The notes under the pieces were generated by a model that worked only from the letters and a program-made list of their open reading frames with translations, did no database searches and had not been told where the DNA came from. A program made the translations under genes and the position numbers. A DNA stretch of 64,000 bases from sequence record DRR723986_1372; one strand, 5' to 3'. Within the stretch, counting starts at the first letter, position 1; each line of letters starts with the position of its first letter. Shown here one piece after another: positions 1 through 10,664 of this stretch.

Positions 1-41
1 ACGCGTGAAGCGGCACGCAGGTGCGGCGTTGGGTGAGAAGC

Positions 42-1913
42 TCAGAAGCTCAAATTGATTCGCATCACTGTGGTGCTTCCACTGACCTCATTGCCCACCA
101 CCAGCAAGGGTTCTCCAGTCGGAGAGTCTTTGGCTGGGATGAATACCAGTCCCTCGGGTCCCAGGTCTCCAGCAGTCGGCAACACGGCTGGGTCGGAGGG
201 GTCGTTGGTCCAGTCATCGCGGGTGTTGTAGTAATCCACACGCATGGGTGCCGCCGGGTTGGTGACGTCATAGACCAGAATGCCGCCCATTCTCTCCAAA
301 CCAATAAAAGCGAAAGTCTTGTCTCCAATCTGACCTACTGCAACGCCCTCAGGTTCGGGTCCTTTTGCATCGCTACGGCTATCCAGCGCATTGCCTTCAT
401 CATGGCCTGAATTAAAGAAATCCTTGCAGTTCAAGTTACGGGCGCTGCCCACTTTGCAATCGTCGCTGGCCAGGAAGCGTTCAATTTCAGAGCCTGAGTC
501 GAAAACCAGCATGCCGTCTTCATCAAAAATCGAGAAAGAACGGGCACCGAAGGAATACAGTTTGTCATACATCAGGCGATCGCCTGCGGGGTCTTCAACG
601 CCAGAGCTGTTGAATAGAATAGGTGCGCCGTTGGCATCTGTTCGGTAACCCATGGTCCAGGTGACATTCAAGCGCCCAAGTTGATCGTCGGCCCGGCAAC
701 CATTCGGGTTGCCAGCCACGGCACCGCAGTAGCCAAACACCAAGGGGTTCAGCAAGCCCCCATTGGCCAATTCATCGAGATGGGCAGGCAGGTCATCGTT
801 TAAACGGCCAGCCCAACCATTGCGGTTTACCAAGTGTTTGACCCTGAATTCTTCAACAAAACCCTGGCTTGTATCGCCCGCAAAATAGGCAGGATTGTCT
901 TCACCCCAGGTGCGAGCATCGCCTTCATTGGCTGTCACCAAATAGGTTTTACCATCCGTAGCTGTGTAGGAAGCCATGGCATCGGGCAAGTAAAGACCGG
1001 CAACGCCAGCCCAGTTGCGAATGTTAATTGTGCCGCCATCGGTGTCGGACGCGTCGAATTCGTTACCGATAGCACCGTGATCTTTCTCCCCAAGCGGAAA
1101 TACATTGCTTACAGAGGCTGTTTCAATATCGACTTTTGCGATTGCATTGTTTTCTTGAAGGGTCACATAGGCGGTTTTGCCGTCCGCGGACACTGTGATG
1201 TATTCAGGTTCAAAGTCTTGTGAAGCAGATGCACCCGGGCCATAGATTCGAATACCTTGAGCACGCAGACTGGCTTCTTGTCCTGTAAACGCACTAAAGC
1301 TGGCCGTGCGTACGATCGGCGCGCGCGGGTCGCGCACATCAATCACGCTGATACTTCCTTCAGGGTCAATTTGATAGTCGTCACTGGGCTCACCTTCGTT
1401 GGCGGTGAGCACGGTGTTGCCGTCCGGCGTGAAGGTGATCATGTCGGGTTGTGCGCCCACTGTGCGAGAGCTCAAGAGAGTCAAATCGCTGGCTCGATAC
1501 AGAGCCATGCGGCCCAGGTTGGTTTTCACAGGGGCTTCGATGGCTACCGCAACAATACCCTTGGCGACTGCAACGCTGTTCACGACTGAGCCAGCGAGCA
1601 CGTCATTGGTGTTCAGCGTATCAATCAAAGTGGGGTTTTCCGGGTCAGACAGGTCAAATACATCTACAGCACCTGCCAAGGCATTGACCATGAACAAGCG
1701 TTGGCTGGCTGGGTCGTAAGCTGGAATTTCAGCAGCGCTGACATCAAACTGGTTGGTCGAGAATCCACCAATTTTCTCCAGTGTCAGGCTGGCCGGTGTG
1801 GCCTCGGAAGGCGCGGTGGTGCTGGGGGTGTTGCTGCCGTCGCCGCCGCAGGCAACCAGAGTAGCCGCCGTAATCGCACTGAGTGCGAACAGTTGAATTT
1901 TGGTCTTGTTCAT
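42..1913 (-). CDS. Choice-of-anchor I family lipoprotein (alkaline-phosphatase-associated beta-propeller)
   Basis: Lipobox LVAC; family motifs AAEIPAYD, TANEGEP, EPEYI, LQENNA, ANEGDAR, RSDAKGPEPEG, DLGPEGL, NEVSGSTT. Confidence 0.85.
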   Translation of the reverse strand: MNKTKIQLFALSAITAATLVACGGDGSNTPSTTAPSEATPASLTLEKIGGFSTNQFDVSAAEIPAYDPASQRLFMVNALAGAVDVFDLSDPENPTLIDTLNTNDVLAGSVVNSVAVAKGIVAVAIEAPVKTNLGRMALYRASDLTLLSSRTVGAQPDMITFTPDGNTVLTANEGEPSDDYQIDPEGSISVIDVRDPRAPIVRTASFSAFTGQEASLRAQGIRIYGPGASASQDFEPEYITVSADGKTAYVTLQENNAIAKVDIETASVSNVFPLGEKDHGAIGNEFDASDTDGGTINIRNWAGVAGLYLPDAMASYTATDGKTYLVTANEGDARTWGEDNPAYFAGDTSQGFVEEFRVKHLVNRNGWAGRLNDDLPAHLDELANGGLLNPLVFGYCGAVAGNPNGCRADDQLGRLNVTWTMGYRTDANGAPILFNSSGVEDPAGDRLMYDKLYSFGARSFSIFDEDGMLVFDSGSEIERFLASDDCKVGSARNLNCKDFFNSGHDEGNALDSRSDAKGPEPEGVAVGQIGDKTFAFIGLERMGGILVYDVTNPAAPMRVDYYNTRDDWTNDPSDPAVLPTAGDLGPEGLVFIPAKDSPTGEPLLVVGNEVSGSTTVMRINLSF

Positions 1914-1945
1914 GAAAATAGGCCCGAATCGCTATAAAACGATCG

Positions 1946-1979
1946 AGCCTATTGCTTCAAAATGAAACCTTGATGACAA
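1946..1979 (-). promoter_or_regulatory. Pho box (PhoB) promoter
   Basis: Minus strand TTGTCAT-CAAG-GTTTCAT (1979-1962), 10 nt spacer, then TAGGCT -10 (1951-1946); classic Pho promoter geometry. Confidence 0.6.
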
Positions 1980-1998
1980 ATATTAAGTGAATGGTGGA

Positions 1999-3309
1999 TT
2001 AACCGGGAAGTCCATCTGTCGGCAATCCGGGCAAACCGCCCAATTCACCGCCCAGTGCATCAGCACCAGATGAAATACCGCTGCTCAGTGTGCCCAGCAA
2101 GTCGCCTTCGGGGATTTCAGGCAAACCGGAACCGCCAGCGCCCTGAAGTGCAGATTGCAAGGTGTCTGCGCCGCCTAAAATACCGTCGACCAAATCGGCC
2201 AACCCGCCTTCAACTTCGGCAGGAAGGGCAGGTGTGCCGCCATCCAGGCTGTCCAGGTTGGGAACCTCGGTGCCCATTTGGCTCAGTACACCTTCCAGTA
2301 CATTGTCGATTTCAACAGCAACATCTCTCAAACCCTGAAGCAATTGATCGTAGGGCTCTACCTGTTCGCTGATGGGTTGCGTAATGCCATCGGCCACATC
2401 CACCACGCTGGTGACCAGGCCACCATCAGTTGGGTCTACATTGGGCAGTGCTGAAATCAGTGTATCCAGGCCAAGGTCGGTATTCACAGCCTCTGAGAGG
2501 GGGGTGGTGATCGGGCTCAGGGGTTCGCCCAGCGGTGTTTGGTTTACGCCATCGACCAGTTGTTGTACGAGGTCAGCCTGCGGTGTGCCTTCCCCAGTGG
2601 TGGCAACCAAAGCATCGTGCACGTTTTCAAGTACACCCAAACCTGTTTGCTCCACTGCAACTGCAATGTTGTCAGGAGTCGATTCAGGGCTGTTCTGGCT
2701 GTTTTGTACAGCATCCTGAATTGGTTCAAGAATGCTTTGTTGCAAGTTGTCCTGGGTCAGGTTCTCGTTGGCAAATTCCTCAAGGCTTTGCGGGCTATCT
2801 TGGGATGAAAACTCACCCCCACCAACGCCGGCATTGTTGAAATTTCCACCTGTGGTGCCCGAGTCCCCACCGCCCGAGTCCCCGGACCCTCCGGCCAAAA
2901 AAGCACCTGCTGCTACAGCGCCAGCACCAGCCAGGCCGCCACTTCCTGCCCCCAGAAGACCCGCACCGAACAGGCCGGCCACGGCACCACCCTCGGCTGC
3001 CGCAGAATTTTCAGCCAACTCGGTGGTGAATTCAAAACACTCGCCGTCTTCGATGACCACGATTTGCTGCTGGCCATTGGCACCAGTTTGCTCACCCAGT
3101 GTCAGCTTGCCATTCGAAGTCATGACGCCTGCTGCGGGAATTTGTCCCTCAGTTCCAGGAAACTCGAGCGCCAAGCGTCCATTTGCGCCGGTGACCACTT
3201 CGTCACCAGGCAGGAGGAAGTCGCCTGCTTTAACAGCCACTATTTCGCCGTTGCGGCTCACGTTTACTTCACCTTCAAGGTCTTTGACTAATGCTTGGGC
3301 TGCAGCCAT
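1999..3309 (-). CDS. Retention-module/BapA-prefix-like N-terminal domain protein with acidic Gly/Leu-rich tail
   Basis: N-terminus VKDLEGEVNVSRNGEIVAVKAGDFLLPGDEVVTGANG resembles T1SS adhesin retention modules; Gly/Ala linker; RBS GGAG; no signal peptide. Confidence 0.6.
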   Translation of the reverse strand: MAAAQALVKDLEGEVNVSRNGEIVAVKAGDFLLPGDEVVTGANGRLALEFPGTEGQIPAAGVMTSNGKLTLGEQTGANGQQQIVVIEDGECFEFTTELAENSAAAEGGAVAGLFGAGLLGAGSGGLAGAGAVAAGAFLAGGSGDSGGGDSGTTGGNFNNAGVGGGEFSSQDSPQSLEEFANENLTQDNLQQSILEPIQDAVQNSQNSPESTPDNIAVAVEQTGLGVLENVHDALVATTGEGTPQADLVQQLVDGVNQTPLGEPLSPITTPLSEAVNTDLGLDTLISALPNVDPTDGGLVTSVVDVADGITQPISEQVEPYDQLLQGLRDVAVEIDNVLEGVLSQMGTEVPNLDSLDGGTPALPAEVEGGLADLVDGILGGADTLQSALQGAGGSGLPEIPEGDLLGTLSSGISSGADALGGELGGLPGLPTDGLPG

Positions 3310-3425
3310 GGGTTTGCTCCTGGATAGATTGATCGGCGTTTAACATCAGTTAATTCTGCGGGTTCGCCAATTTTTTAATCCTCCAATTAGGGGGAGGGTT
3401 CTACCCTCTATTGGTGAATTTGTAA

Positions 3426-3454
3426 TTGACAATGATTGTTGTCAGATATACATT
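3426..3454 (+). promoter_or_regulatory. Sigma70-like promoter with overlapping TGACA-N8-TGTCA palindrome
   Basis: TTGACA-N17-TACATT; the 22-mer 3426-3447 recurs at 10517-10538. Confidence 0.5.
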
Positions 3455-3489
3455 CACACAAACAAAAATTTTCTGAAAAGGTTCCAGGT

Positions 3490-5016
3490 ATGAGTGAATA
3501 CACAGTGGTGATCATTGGCAGTGGTTTTGGTGGGCAGTGTGCAGCGATCAACCTGAAAAAGCGCGGCATTGAAGATTTCATCATGTTGGAGCGCCGCGAC
3601 TTCATGGGCGGCACCTGGTGTCAAAATGCTTACCCTGGCGCCGCGGTTGATGTTCAGTCGCTGTTGTATTCCATCGAGAGTGAGCCATACGACTGGAGCC
3701 AAATGTTTGCTGAGGGTGCAGAACTTCAGCAGTACACCGAGCATGTGATTACCAAGCACGGCCTGCGCGAGAAGACTCGCGTAAACAGCAATGTGCAGCG
3801 CACTGAGTGGCACGAGAACGAACAACGCTGGCATGTACATTTGCAAACAGGCGATGTGATCAAGGCGCAGTTCGTCATCAACGCTTCTGGCCCCTTGAGC
3901 ACACCCGTGATCCCGAATTTCAAGGGACGCGATACCTTCAAAGGAAAGACTTTTCACACCAATGCCTGGGACCAGCAATACGACCACAAAGGCAAACGTG
4001 TCGCCATTATTGGCAGTGGTGCCAGTGCAGCACAGGTGATACCCGCCATTGCGCCGGAAGTAAGGCATTTGCATGTATTCCAACGCTCGCCCCATTGGGT
4101 ACTGCCGCGACCAGACCGTGTATTCAAGCCCTGGCAGCGCGCTTTGCTGAAAGTGGAGCCCATTCGCAAACTGGCTCGTTCAGCGATTTATTGGGGATTG
4201 GAAAGCCGTGTCATTGCATTCAAGTACTCGGACTTCGCATTGAAGAACATTGCGCAGCGCGAGGCACTACACCACATCAAGAAGCAGATCAAAGACCCGG
4301 CACTGCGTAAGAAAGTAACACCTGATTTCACCATTGGATGCAAACGGATTATCTTGAGCAATACGCTTTACCCGGCCTATTGCCGCCCCAACGTGAGCCT
4401 GCACGACAAAACCGACGGCATTGCCGAGATCAATGAAACCGGTATCAAGACATTGAGTGGCGAGCAGATTGATCTGGACTGTATTGTGTATTCCACGGGC
4501 TACGACGCCACTGACGGGGTAATTTCCTACCCGGTTGTGGGCAAAGGAGGCACCAAACTGGCCGATGTGTGGAGTGAGTTTCCCCGCGCCTATTTGGGCA
4601 CCACCGTGCCACAGTTTCCAAACCTGTTCATCGTGACTGGTCCGAACACCGGTATTGGGCATACCTCTGCAATTTTCGTGATTGAAGCCCAGATGCATTA
4701 CATCATGCGCGCTATCACTGAAGTAAAAGCACAGAAGGCGGCGGCGATCGAAGTGAAGCCGCAAGCCGAGGAGCGTTACACCACACACATTCACAGAGAA
4801 ATGGAAAAAACGGTGTGGAAACGCGGTGGTTGTACCAGTTGGTACAAAAGTAAAAGCGGTCATGTGGTGGCCATGTTTCCGGGTTTTAGCTACACCTACC
4901 TGCGTATGGCCAAAAATTTCAAGATGAATGACCATGTGTTGCAGGCACCTTTGGTGCATCAGCAACTTTCACAATCCAATGAGACTGAATTGCTGACACA
5001 GGGAGCTGCTGCATGA
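3490..5016 (+). CDS. Flavin-containing Baeyer-Villiger-type monooxygenase
   Basis: GSGFGG and GSGASA Rossmann motifs; FxGxxxHxxxW fingerprint FKGKTFHTNAWD; GGTWxxNxYPG; start chosen at ATG 3490. Confidence 0.9.
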   Translation: MSEYTVVIIGSGFGGQCAAINLKKRGIEDFIMLERRDFMGGTWCQNAYPGAAVDVQSLLYSIESEPYDWSQMFAEGAELQQYTEHVITKHGLREKTRVNSNVQRTEWHENEQRWHVHLQTGDVIKAQFVINASGPLSTPVIPNFKGRDTFKGKTFHTNAWDQQYDHKGKRVAIIGSGASAAQVIPAIAPEVRHLHVFQRSPHWVLPRPDRVFKPWQRALLKVEPIRKLARSAIYWGLESRVIAFKYSDFALKNIAQREALHHIKKQIKDPALRKKVTPDFTIGCKRIILSNTLYPAYCRPNVSLHDKTDGIAEINETGIKTLSGEQIDLDCIVYSTGYDATDGVISYPVVGKGGTKLADVWSEFPRAYLGTTVPQFPNLFIVTGPNTGIGHTSAIFVIEAQMHYIMRAITEVKAQKAAAIEVKPQAEERYTTHIHREMEKTVWKRGGCTSWYKSKSGHVVAMFPGFSYTYLRMAKNFKMNDHVLQAPLVHQQLSQSNETELLTQGAAA

Positions 5017-5837
5017 AAAATTTCAAAGACAAAGTGGTGGTGATTACTGGTGCAGGTTCAGGTATGGGCCGTTCCTACGCGCTGATGTTTGCCAAACTTG
5101 GCAGCAAAGTTGCCTTGTGTGATTACGATGAACAAGGCTTGAAAGAGACCGAGAAACTGGTAATGCAAGCGGCCAATGTGCAGGTGTATGCCGAGAAGCT
5201 GGATGTGTCGAACAAAGCGGGGGTGTATGCATTTGCACAAGCAGTAAAAGCGGCCTTGGGCAACGCGCATGTGATTATCAACAACGCGGGCGTGAGCGGA
5301 GAGGGTCGCCCCGTGTGGGCCTTGAGTGACGACAGCTATGAGCGCGTCATGGGTATTAATTTCTGGGGTGTGGTGCATGGCACGCGCGCATTCTTGCCGC
5401 AACTATTGGCCAACGGCGAGGGCGCTGTCGTGAATGTGTCGAGTATTTTTGGTTTGGTGGGCACACCGAGCAATTCAGATTACTGCGCCAGCAAATTTGC
5501 AGTGCGTGGGTTTACAGAATCGCTGATGGTTGAGCTTTCAAACAGCAAGGTGCAGGTGCATTTGGTGCACCCAGGAGGCATCAATACCAATATTGCCAGC
5601 AAGCCCGAACATCAAAAGTTTGCCAAGAAATTCCTGACGACACCTCCTGATGAAATTTGCGAGTATGTGTTGAAATGCATCAAGAAAAACGAGCCGCGCA
5701 TTGTGTATGGCAACAATGCTGCGCGTGTGTGGTTGGGCTCGCGCCTGGTGCCGTTCAAGCGCATGCGCCACATTCTTTGGCAACAAATGGGGCGCACGCT
5801 GAACGCTGAAGATTACAAAGGCATACAGATAAAGTAA
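5013..5837 (+). CDS. SDR family oxidoreductase
   Basis: TGAGSGMG, NNAG, YCASK; ATGA overlap with the BVMO gene. Confidence 0.9.
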   Translation: MKNFKDKVVVITGAGSGMGRSYALMFAKLGSKVALCDYDEQGLKETEKLVMQAANVQVYAEKLDVSNKAGVYAFAQAVKAALGNAHVIINNAGVSGEGRPVWALSDDSYERVMGINFWGVVHGTRAFLPQLLANGEGAVVNVSSIFGLVGTPSNSDYCASKFAVRGFTESLMVELSNSKVQVHLVHPGGINTNIASKPEHQKFAKKFLTTPPDEICEYVLKCIKKNEPRIVYGNNAARVWLGSRLVPFKRMRHILWQQMGRTLNAEDYKGIQIK

Positions 5838-5849
5838 GCCCGGTCATGT

Positions 5850-6623
5850 TTACACCACCAGGTAACCGCCATCCACATTGATGCAGGCACCGGTGGTGTA
5901 ACTTGAAGCCTCGGAGGCGAGATACAGCACAGTACCCGCCATTTCGCTGGGTTGCGCGACACGATTCATGGGTACATGCTGCAGCAGTGCATTCCGAATG
6001 GCGTCGTTGTGTACCAAGGCCGATGCGAATTTTGTATCGGTTGCACCGGGCAGCAGCGCATTCACACGCACCTTCATTGGCGCACATTCTTTGGCAAAAG
6101 CCTTGGTCATTGAAATGACGGCGGCTTTTGTAATCGAATAAATACCTTGGTAGAGGCCGGGAATAACGCCATTGACCGAAGCCACATTAATGATGCTTCC
6201 GCCGCCATTTTTTGCCATCAGCTTGCAGCCGTGGCTGCTCATGTAAAAGTAACCGCGAATGTTCACATCGCAGGTTTTTTGAAAGGCAGCCAGGTCAGTG
6301 TCGTATATTGGCCCGAAGTGTGGGTTGGTCGCGCCGTTGTTCACCAAAATATCCAGCTTTCCAAATTTCGCTTCAATTTGTTGGTACAGCGCCTCAATCT
6401 GGTCCATCTCGCCCAAATGGCAAGCCATGGGCACCGCCTTCAAGCCATCTGCTTGAAATTGCGCAGCAATTTGTTCGCAAGCCTCCTGTTTTCTGCTTGA
6501 AATGATCACTGTAGCCCCCTTGGCTGCCAGCAATTCCGCACAGGCCAAACCAATTCCGCGGGTCGCGCCCGTGACCAATGCCACCTTATCTTGTAAATTG
6601 AACAAATCCGTTGTTGTTTTCAC
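5850..6623 (-). CDS. SDR family oxidoreductase (DHRS4-like)
   Basis: TGATRGIG, YSITK, DGG C-terminal motif; GTG start. Confidence 0.9.
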   Translation of the reverse strand: MKTTTDLFNLQDKVALVTGATRGIGLACAELLAAKGATVIISSRKQEACEQIAAQFQADGLKAVPMACHLGEMDQIEALYQQIEAKFGKLDILVNNGATNPHFGPIYDTDLAAFQKTCDVNIRGYFYMSSHGCKLMAKNGGGSIINVASVNGVIPGLYQGIYSITKAAVISMTKAFAKECAPMKVRVNALLPGATDTKFASALVHNDAIRNALLQHVPMNRVAQPSEMAGTVLYLASEASSYTTGACINVDGGYLVV

Positions 6624-6678
6624 ATCGTCTCCTTACAGGCATTTTCTAATTGTTTTTCATCTGAAAAGGTAACATCGC

Positions 6679-7128
6679 ATGGGCTCGGAATTTGAGCAAG
6701 ACGGCAAGCATGTTTTTGTATATGGATCACTGATGTATCTGCCGGTTTGGGGGCAGGTGGTGCGGGGCGTTTATCCCTGTCTAAACGCCATAGCCAGGGG
6801 CTACCAGCGCCATGCAGTGCCTGGTGAAACTTACCCAGCCATGGTGCCAAACCCGAGCGCGCAAGTGCAGGGTCTGGTGTGGCTGAATGTGTTGCCAGAG
6901 GATGTCAAGAATCTTGATGCCTTCGAGGGGCCTGAATATGAGCGCCGCGAAATTGAGGTTGTGCTCAACACCAGTGGCGAAACCTTGAAAGCCGAGACCT
7001 ACATTTGGTTGAAGCGGGATGTATTGACTGATGAGTTGTGGAGTGTGAGCCGGTTCGAGGCCGAGGGCGTGCAGGCATTTTTGAACAAACACGTGGGCAA
7101 CTGGAACAACACCGGGCAAAGAAAGTAA
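6679..7128 (+). CDS. Gamma-glutamylcyclotransferase (AIG2-like) family protein
   Basis: [20 protein letters not shown] motifs. Confidence 0.85.
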   Translation: MGSEFEQDGKHVFVYGSLMYLPVWGQVVRGVYPCLNAIARGYQRHAVPGETYPAMVPNPSAQVQGLVWLNVLPEDVKNLDAFEGPEYERREIEVVLNTSGETLKAETYIWLKRDVLTDELWSVSRFEAEGVQAFLNKHVGNWNNTGQRK

Positions 7129-7150
7129 CAACAAGAAAGGAGACGACCGC

Positions 7151-8641
7151 ATGGGTTTTATCTTGGCACTGGACCAAGGCACCACAAGCTCGCGCGCCAT
7201 TGTATTCAATGCGCAGGCACAGGTGGTGGCCAGTTCCCAACAAGAGTTTGAGCAGATTTTTCCGCGGGCGGGTTGGGTCGAGCACCGCCCCGAAGACATT
7301 TGGAACACGCAGTTGGCTTGTGCCCGGGGCGCGATTGAGAAAGCCGGGCTTAAACCCTCGGACATCGAAGGTATCGGCATCACCAACCAACGTGAAACCA
7401 CAGTGGTCTGGAATCGAAAGACCGGCAAACCGGTTTACAACGCCATAGTCTGGCAAGACCGCCGCACGGCGTCCTATTGCGACAAGTTGCGGGAGCAGGG
7501 CAAGGCGGCCTTGATCCGCCGAAGTACCGGGCTGGAGTTGGATTCCTATTTTTCAGCCACGAAGGTGAACTGGATTTTGAACAATGTGCCAGGTGCCCGC
7601 GCACAAGCGGAGGCTGGCGAACTGGCTTTTGGCACGGTGGACTGCTGGCTAATGTGGAACCTGACAGGTGGGGCAGTGCATGCCACTGATGTCAGCAATG
7701 CATCGCGCACCATGTTGTTGAACATCAAAAATCTGAAATGGGATTCGGAGTTGCTCCAGTTGTTTGACATTCCTTCCAGTGTGTTGCCTCAGGTGTGTGA
7801 ATCGAGCGGCGAAATCGCGAAGTGTGATCCTGCGCTGCTGGGCGCGGCCATTCCTATTGCCGGCGTTGCTGGGGATCAGCAGGCAGCCACGTTTGGGCAA
7901 ACCGCATTTAAACCCGGTGAAGCCAAAAATACATATGGCACTGGCTGCTTTATGTTGATGAACACCGGCACTGAAGTGGTTGAAAGCCACAACCGCCTGT
8001 TGACCACGGTGGGTTGGCAGGTGAGCGGCCAGACCAGTTACATGCTCGAGGGCAGTGTATTCATGGGTGGTGCAGTGGTGCAGTGGCTGCGCGATGGTTT
8101 GGGCATTATCGAAAAATCAGCCGATGTGCAGGCCTTGGCGGCAAGTGTGCCAAGCACCGATGGTGTGTGCCTGGTACCTGCATTTGCAGGCTTGGGCGCG
8201 CCGCACTGGGACCCGTATGCGCGTGGCACCCTGGTGGGCATGACTCGTGGTACCACCAAAGCGCATATTGCACGGGCCGCATTGGAAAGCATTGCCCTGC
8301 AAACGGTGGATTTGGTTCAGGCCATGCAGCGGGATGGTGCCAAGCCATTGAGTGAACTGCGCGTGGATGGTGGTGCCTCGAACAATGATCTGTTGATGCA
8401 AATTCAAGCCGATTTATTGGGTGTGCCAGTCGTACGCCCCACGGTCACAGAAACCACCGCCTTGGGTGCAGCTTACCTGGCTGGCTTGGCAGCGGGTGTG
8501 TTTGATACCGAGGAAAGCCTGCTGGCCAATTGGCAGGTGGACGCTCGGTTTGAACCCAAGATGAGTATTGATGAACGCGGTGCCTTGCTTGATCGCTGGC
8601 ACCGCGCGGTAGAACGTTCCAAAGGATGGGCAGATGCTTAG
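7151..8641 (+). CDS. glpK: Glycerol kinase
   Basis: [43 protein letters not shown]. Confidence 0.97.
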   Translation: MGFILALDQGTTSSRAIVFNAQAQVVASSQQEFEQIFPRAGWVEHRPEDIWNTQLACARGAIEKAGLKPSDIEGIGITNQRETTVVWNRKTGKPVYNAIVWQDRRTASYCDKLREQGKAALIRRSTGLELDSYFSATKVNWILNNVPGARAQAEAGELAFGTVDCWLMWNLTGGAVHATDVSNASRTMLLNIKNLKWDSELLQLFDIPSSVLPQVCESSGEIAKCDPALLGAAIPIAGVAGDQQAATFGQTAFKPGEAKNTYGTGCFMLMNTGTEVVESHNRLLTTVGWQVSGQTSYMLEGSVFMGGAVVQWLRDGLGIIEKSADVQALAASVPSTDGVCLVPAFAGLGAPHWDPYARGTLVGMTRGTTKAHIARAALESIALQTVDLVQAMQRDGAKPLSELRVDGGASNNDLLMQIQADLLGVPVVRPTVTETTALGAAYLAGLAAGVFDTEESLLANWQVDARFEPKMSIDERGALLDRWHRAVERSKGWADA

Positions 8642-10145
8642 TCGTAAGAAGCACCTTGAAACACTGAAACTCAAGGCACAAGAGCAATATGAATGGGACG
8701 TGATTGTAATCGGCGGTGGCGCGACAGGTTTGGGAAGCGCAGTGGATGCCGCCAGCCGTGGTCTGAAAGTGCTATTGCTCGAAGGGCATGACTTTGCCAA
8801 GGGCACCAGCTCCCGAGCCACCAAGTTGGCCCACGGGGGCGTGCGTTATTTGGCTCAAGGCAATTTCAGCCTGGTGAAAGAGGCACTGGAAGAACGTGGC
8901 CGCATGTTGGTGAATGCCCCCAACCTGGTCAAGCCCTTGGCGTTCGTCATTCCGGTGCGAAACGTAGTCCAGAAACTGTTTTATTGGATCGGCCTGAAAA
9001 TGTACGACATGTTGGCGGGCAAGCTGGGTGTTGGCCCCACCACCATGATGAAGAAAAATGAGGTATTGCGTGCGGTACCCACCATTTCGCAGCACAAGCT
9101 GCATGGTGGTGTGCGCTATTTCGATGCGCAATTTGACGATGCCCGCCTGGCTATTGCCTTGATGAAAACCCTGCACAAGTTGGGTGGTCTCGCCATCAAC
9201 TACATGCCCGTAACCGGGTTTGTGAAACAGGCCGAAAAAATCAGTGGTGTGCAAGCCCGCGATGAATTCAGTGGCGAGGCCATGACCTTCAAGGCCAAAG
9301 CGGTCATCAATGCCACCGGGGTCTGGGTCGACGACATTCGCAAATTGGATTCAGCCGACTCCAAGCCCATGTTGAGTCCCAGCCAAGGTGTTCATGTGGT
9401 GGTTGACCAGCACTTTTATCCAGCCAAGGAAGCCTTGCTGGTGCCCAAAACCAGCGATGGCCGAGTGCTTTTTGTGGTGCCCTGGTTGGGTAAAACCTTG
9501 ATTGGCACTACAGACACACCCCGCAATGATGCGCCATTTGAGCCGGATGCCTTGCCGCAGGAAATCGATTTTATTTTGAACACCGCTGGCCAGTACCTTG
9601 CCAATGCGCCCACTCGGGCAGATGTGCGAAGCGTGTTTGTCGGGTTACGACCGCTGGTCAGTGCGGGGGGCGAGAAGCAAAATACCAAGAGCATCTCTCG
9701 CGAGCACACAGTAATTACAGCCCCCAGCGGATTGGTGACCATCACGGGCGGCAAGTGGACCACCTATCGCAGTATGGCGGAGGAAGTGGTTGATTTGGTG
9801 TGCGAACAGCAGGGCTGGGTTAACAAGCCGACACGTACCCGTTACTTGCGTCTGGAAGACGACCTTCCTATGCGAAAGCCAGGTTCTGCGATTCACGAGA
9901 ATCTAGATTTGAATGAAGCTGAAATCGCGCAGGCCGTTCTCGAGGAAATGGCAGTGACCATTGAAGATGTGCTGGCGCGCCGAAGCAGGGCGCTTTTCCT
10001 CGACAGTCAGGCTGCATTGGCCTGTATGAATGAGGTTCGATTTGTGCTGCAAAACGAGTTGCGCTACAGCGAAGAGGAACTGGATCGACAGGAGCAGGCG
10101 TTCAGGGCGCTTGTTACTCAATATAGCGTGCAACAGGTTTGTTGA
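8634..10145 (+). CDS. glpD: Aerobic glycerol-3-phosphate dehydrogenase
   Basis: [32 protein letters not shown]; overlaps glpK. Confidence 0.93.
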   Translation: MLSRKKHLETLKLKAQEQYEWDVIVIGGGATGLGSAVDAASRGLKVLLLEGHDFAKGTSSRATKLAHGGVRYLAQGNFSLVKEALEERGRMLVNAPNLVKPLAFVIPVRNVVQKLFYWIGLKMYDMLAGKLGVGPTTMMKKNEVLRAVPTISQHKLHGGVRYFDAQFDDARLAIALMKTLHKLGGLAINYMPVTGFVKQAEKISGVQARDEFSGEAMTFKAKAVINATGVWVDDIRKLDSADSKPMLSPSQGVHVVVDQHFYPAKEALLVPKTSDGRVLFVVPWLGKTLIGTTDTPRNDAPFEPDALPQEIDFILNTAGQYLANAPTRADVRSVFVGLRPLVSAGGEKQNTKSISREHTVITAPSGLVTITGGKWTTYRSMAEEVVDLVCEQQGWVNKPTRTRYLRLEDDLPMRKPGSAIHENLDLNEAEIAQAVLEEMAVTIEDVLARRSRALFLDSQAALACMNEVRFVLQNELRYSEEELDRQEQAFRALVTQYSVQQVC

Positions 10146-10174
10146 AGAAATTTGTAAAAAATGACTTGTCTTGC

Positions 10175-10203
10175 TTGCACTGCTCCTGCCTTTGGGGCAT
10201 AAT
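10175..10203 (+). promoter_or_regulatory. Sigma70 promoter of tRNA-Arg
   Basis: TTGCAC-N17-CATAAT just upstream of the tRNA. Confidence 0.55.
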
Positions 10204-10217
10204 CTCGCTTCTTCACA

Positions 10218-10294
10218 GCGGCTGTAGCTCAGTTGGATAGAGTACTTGGCTACGAACCAAGGGGTCGTGGGTTCGAATCCTGCCAGCCGCACCA
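10218..10294 (+). tRNA. tRNA-Arg (ACG)
   Basis: GCGGCTG/CAGCCGC acceptor stem, TAGCTCAGTTGG D-arm, CT-ACG-AA anticodon loop, GGTTCGAATCC, encoded CCA. Confidence 0.97.
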
Positions 10295-10300
10295 AATTAA

Positions 10301-10332
10301 AAAAACCCTCGCTCAAAAGGCGAGGGTTTTTT
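10301..10332 (+). terminator. Rho-independent terminator after tRNA
   Basis: AAAACCCTCGC-loop-GCGAGGGTTTTTT. Confidence 0.85.
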
Positions 10333-10664
10333 GTTTCTATTTTTCCCAATTCGTTATTAAAACTGCCTCTAAGGAGGGGTTAGAAATTCATTTTTGTTGT
10401 ACTACGTACTTGTCATATCAATTGCGACATGTGCGTATAGAGGTTTAACTTGTATTAAATAACGATTGATGATTTGTTAACAATGTATAAAAACACTGAA
10501 TAATCAAAAATTTAGGTTGACCATGATTGTTGTCAGATGACAGTATCCGTTTGCGAGTTTGTAGCGGCTCACTGAGAAACGTATTGAGGATCCCCTACAG
10601 AAAACTACAGAACAGCGTAGGTGCTCCGACAATTTCTATTCAACTTAGGCAAACAAGGTAAATC

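Noticed and set aside
9903-10448. ORFs overlapping the tRNA (9903-10349 -, 10233-10448 +)
   Set aside because: Artefacts of translating tRNA and terminator sequence
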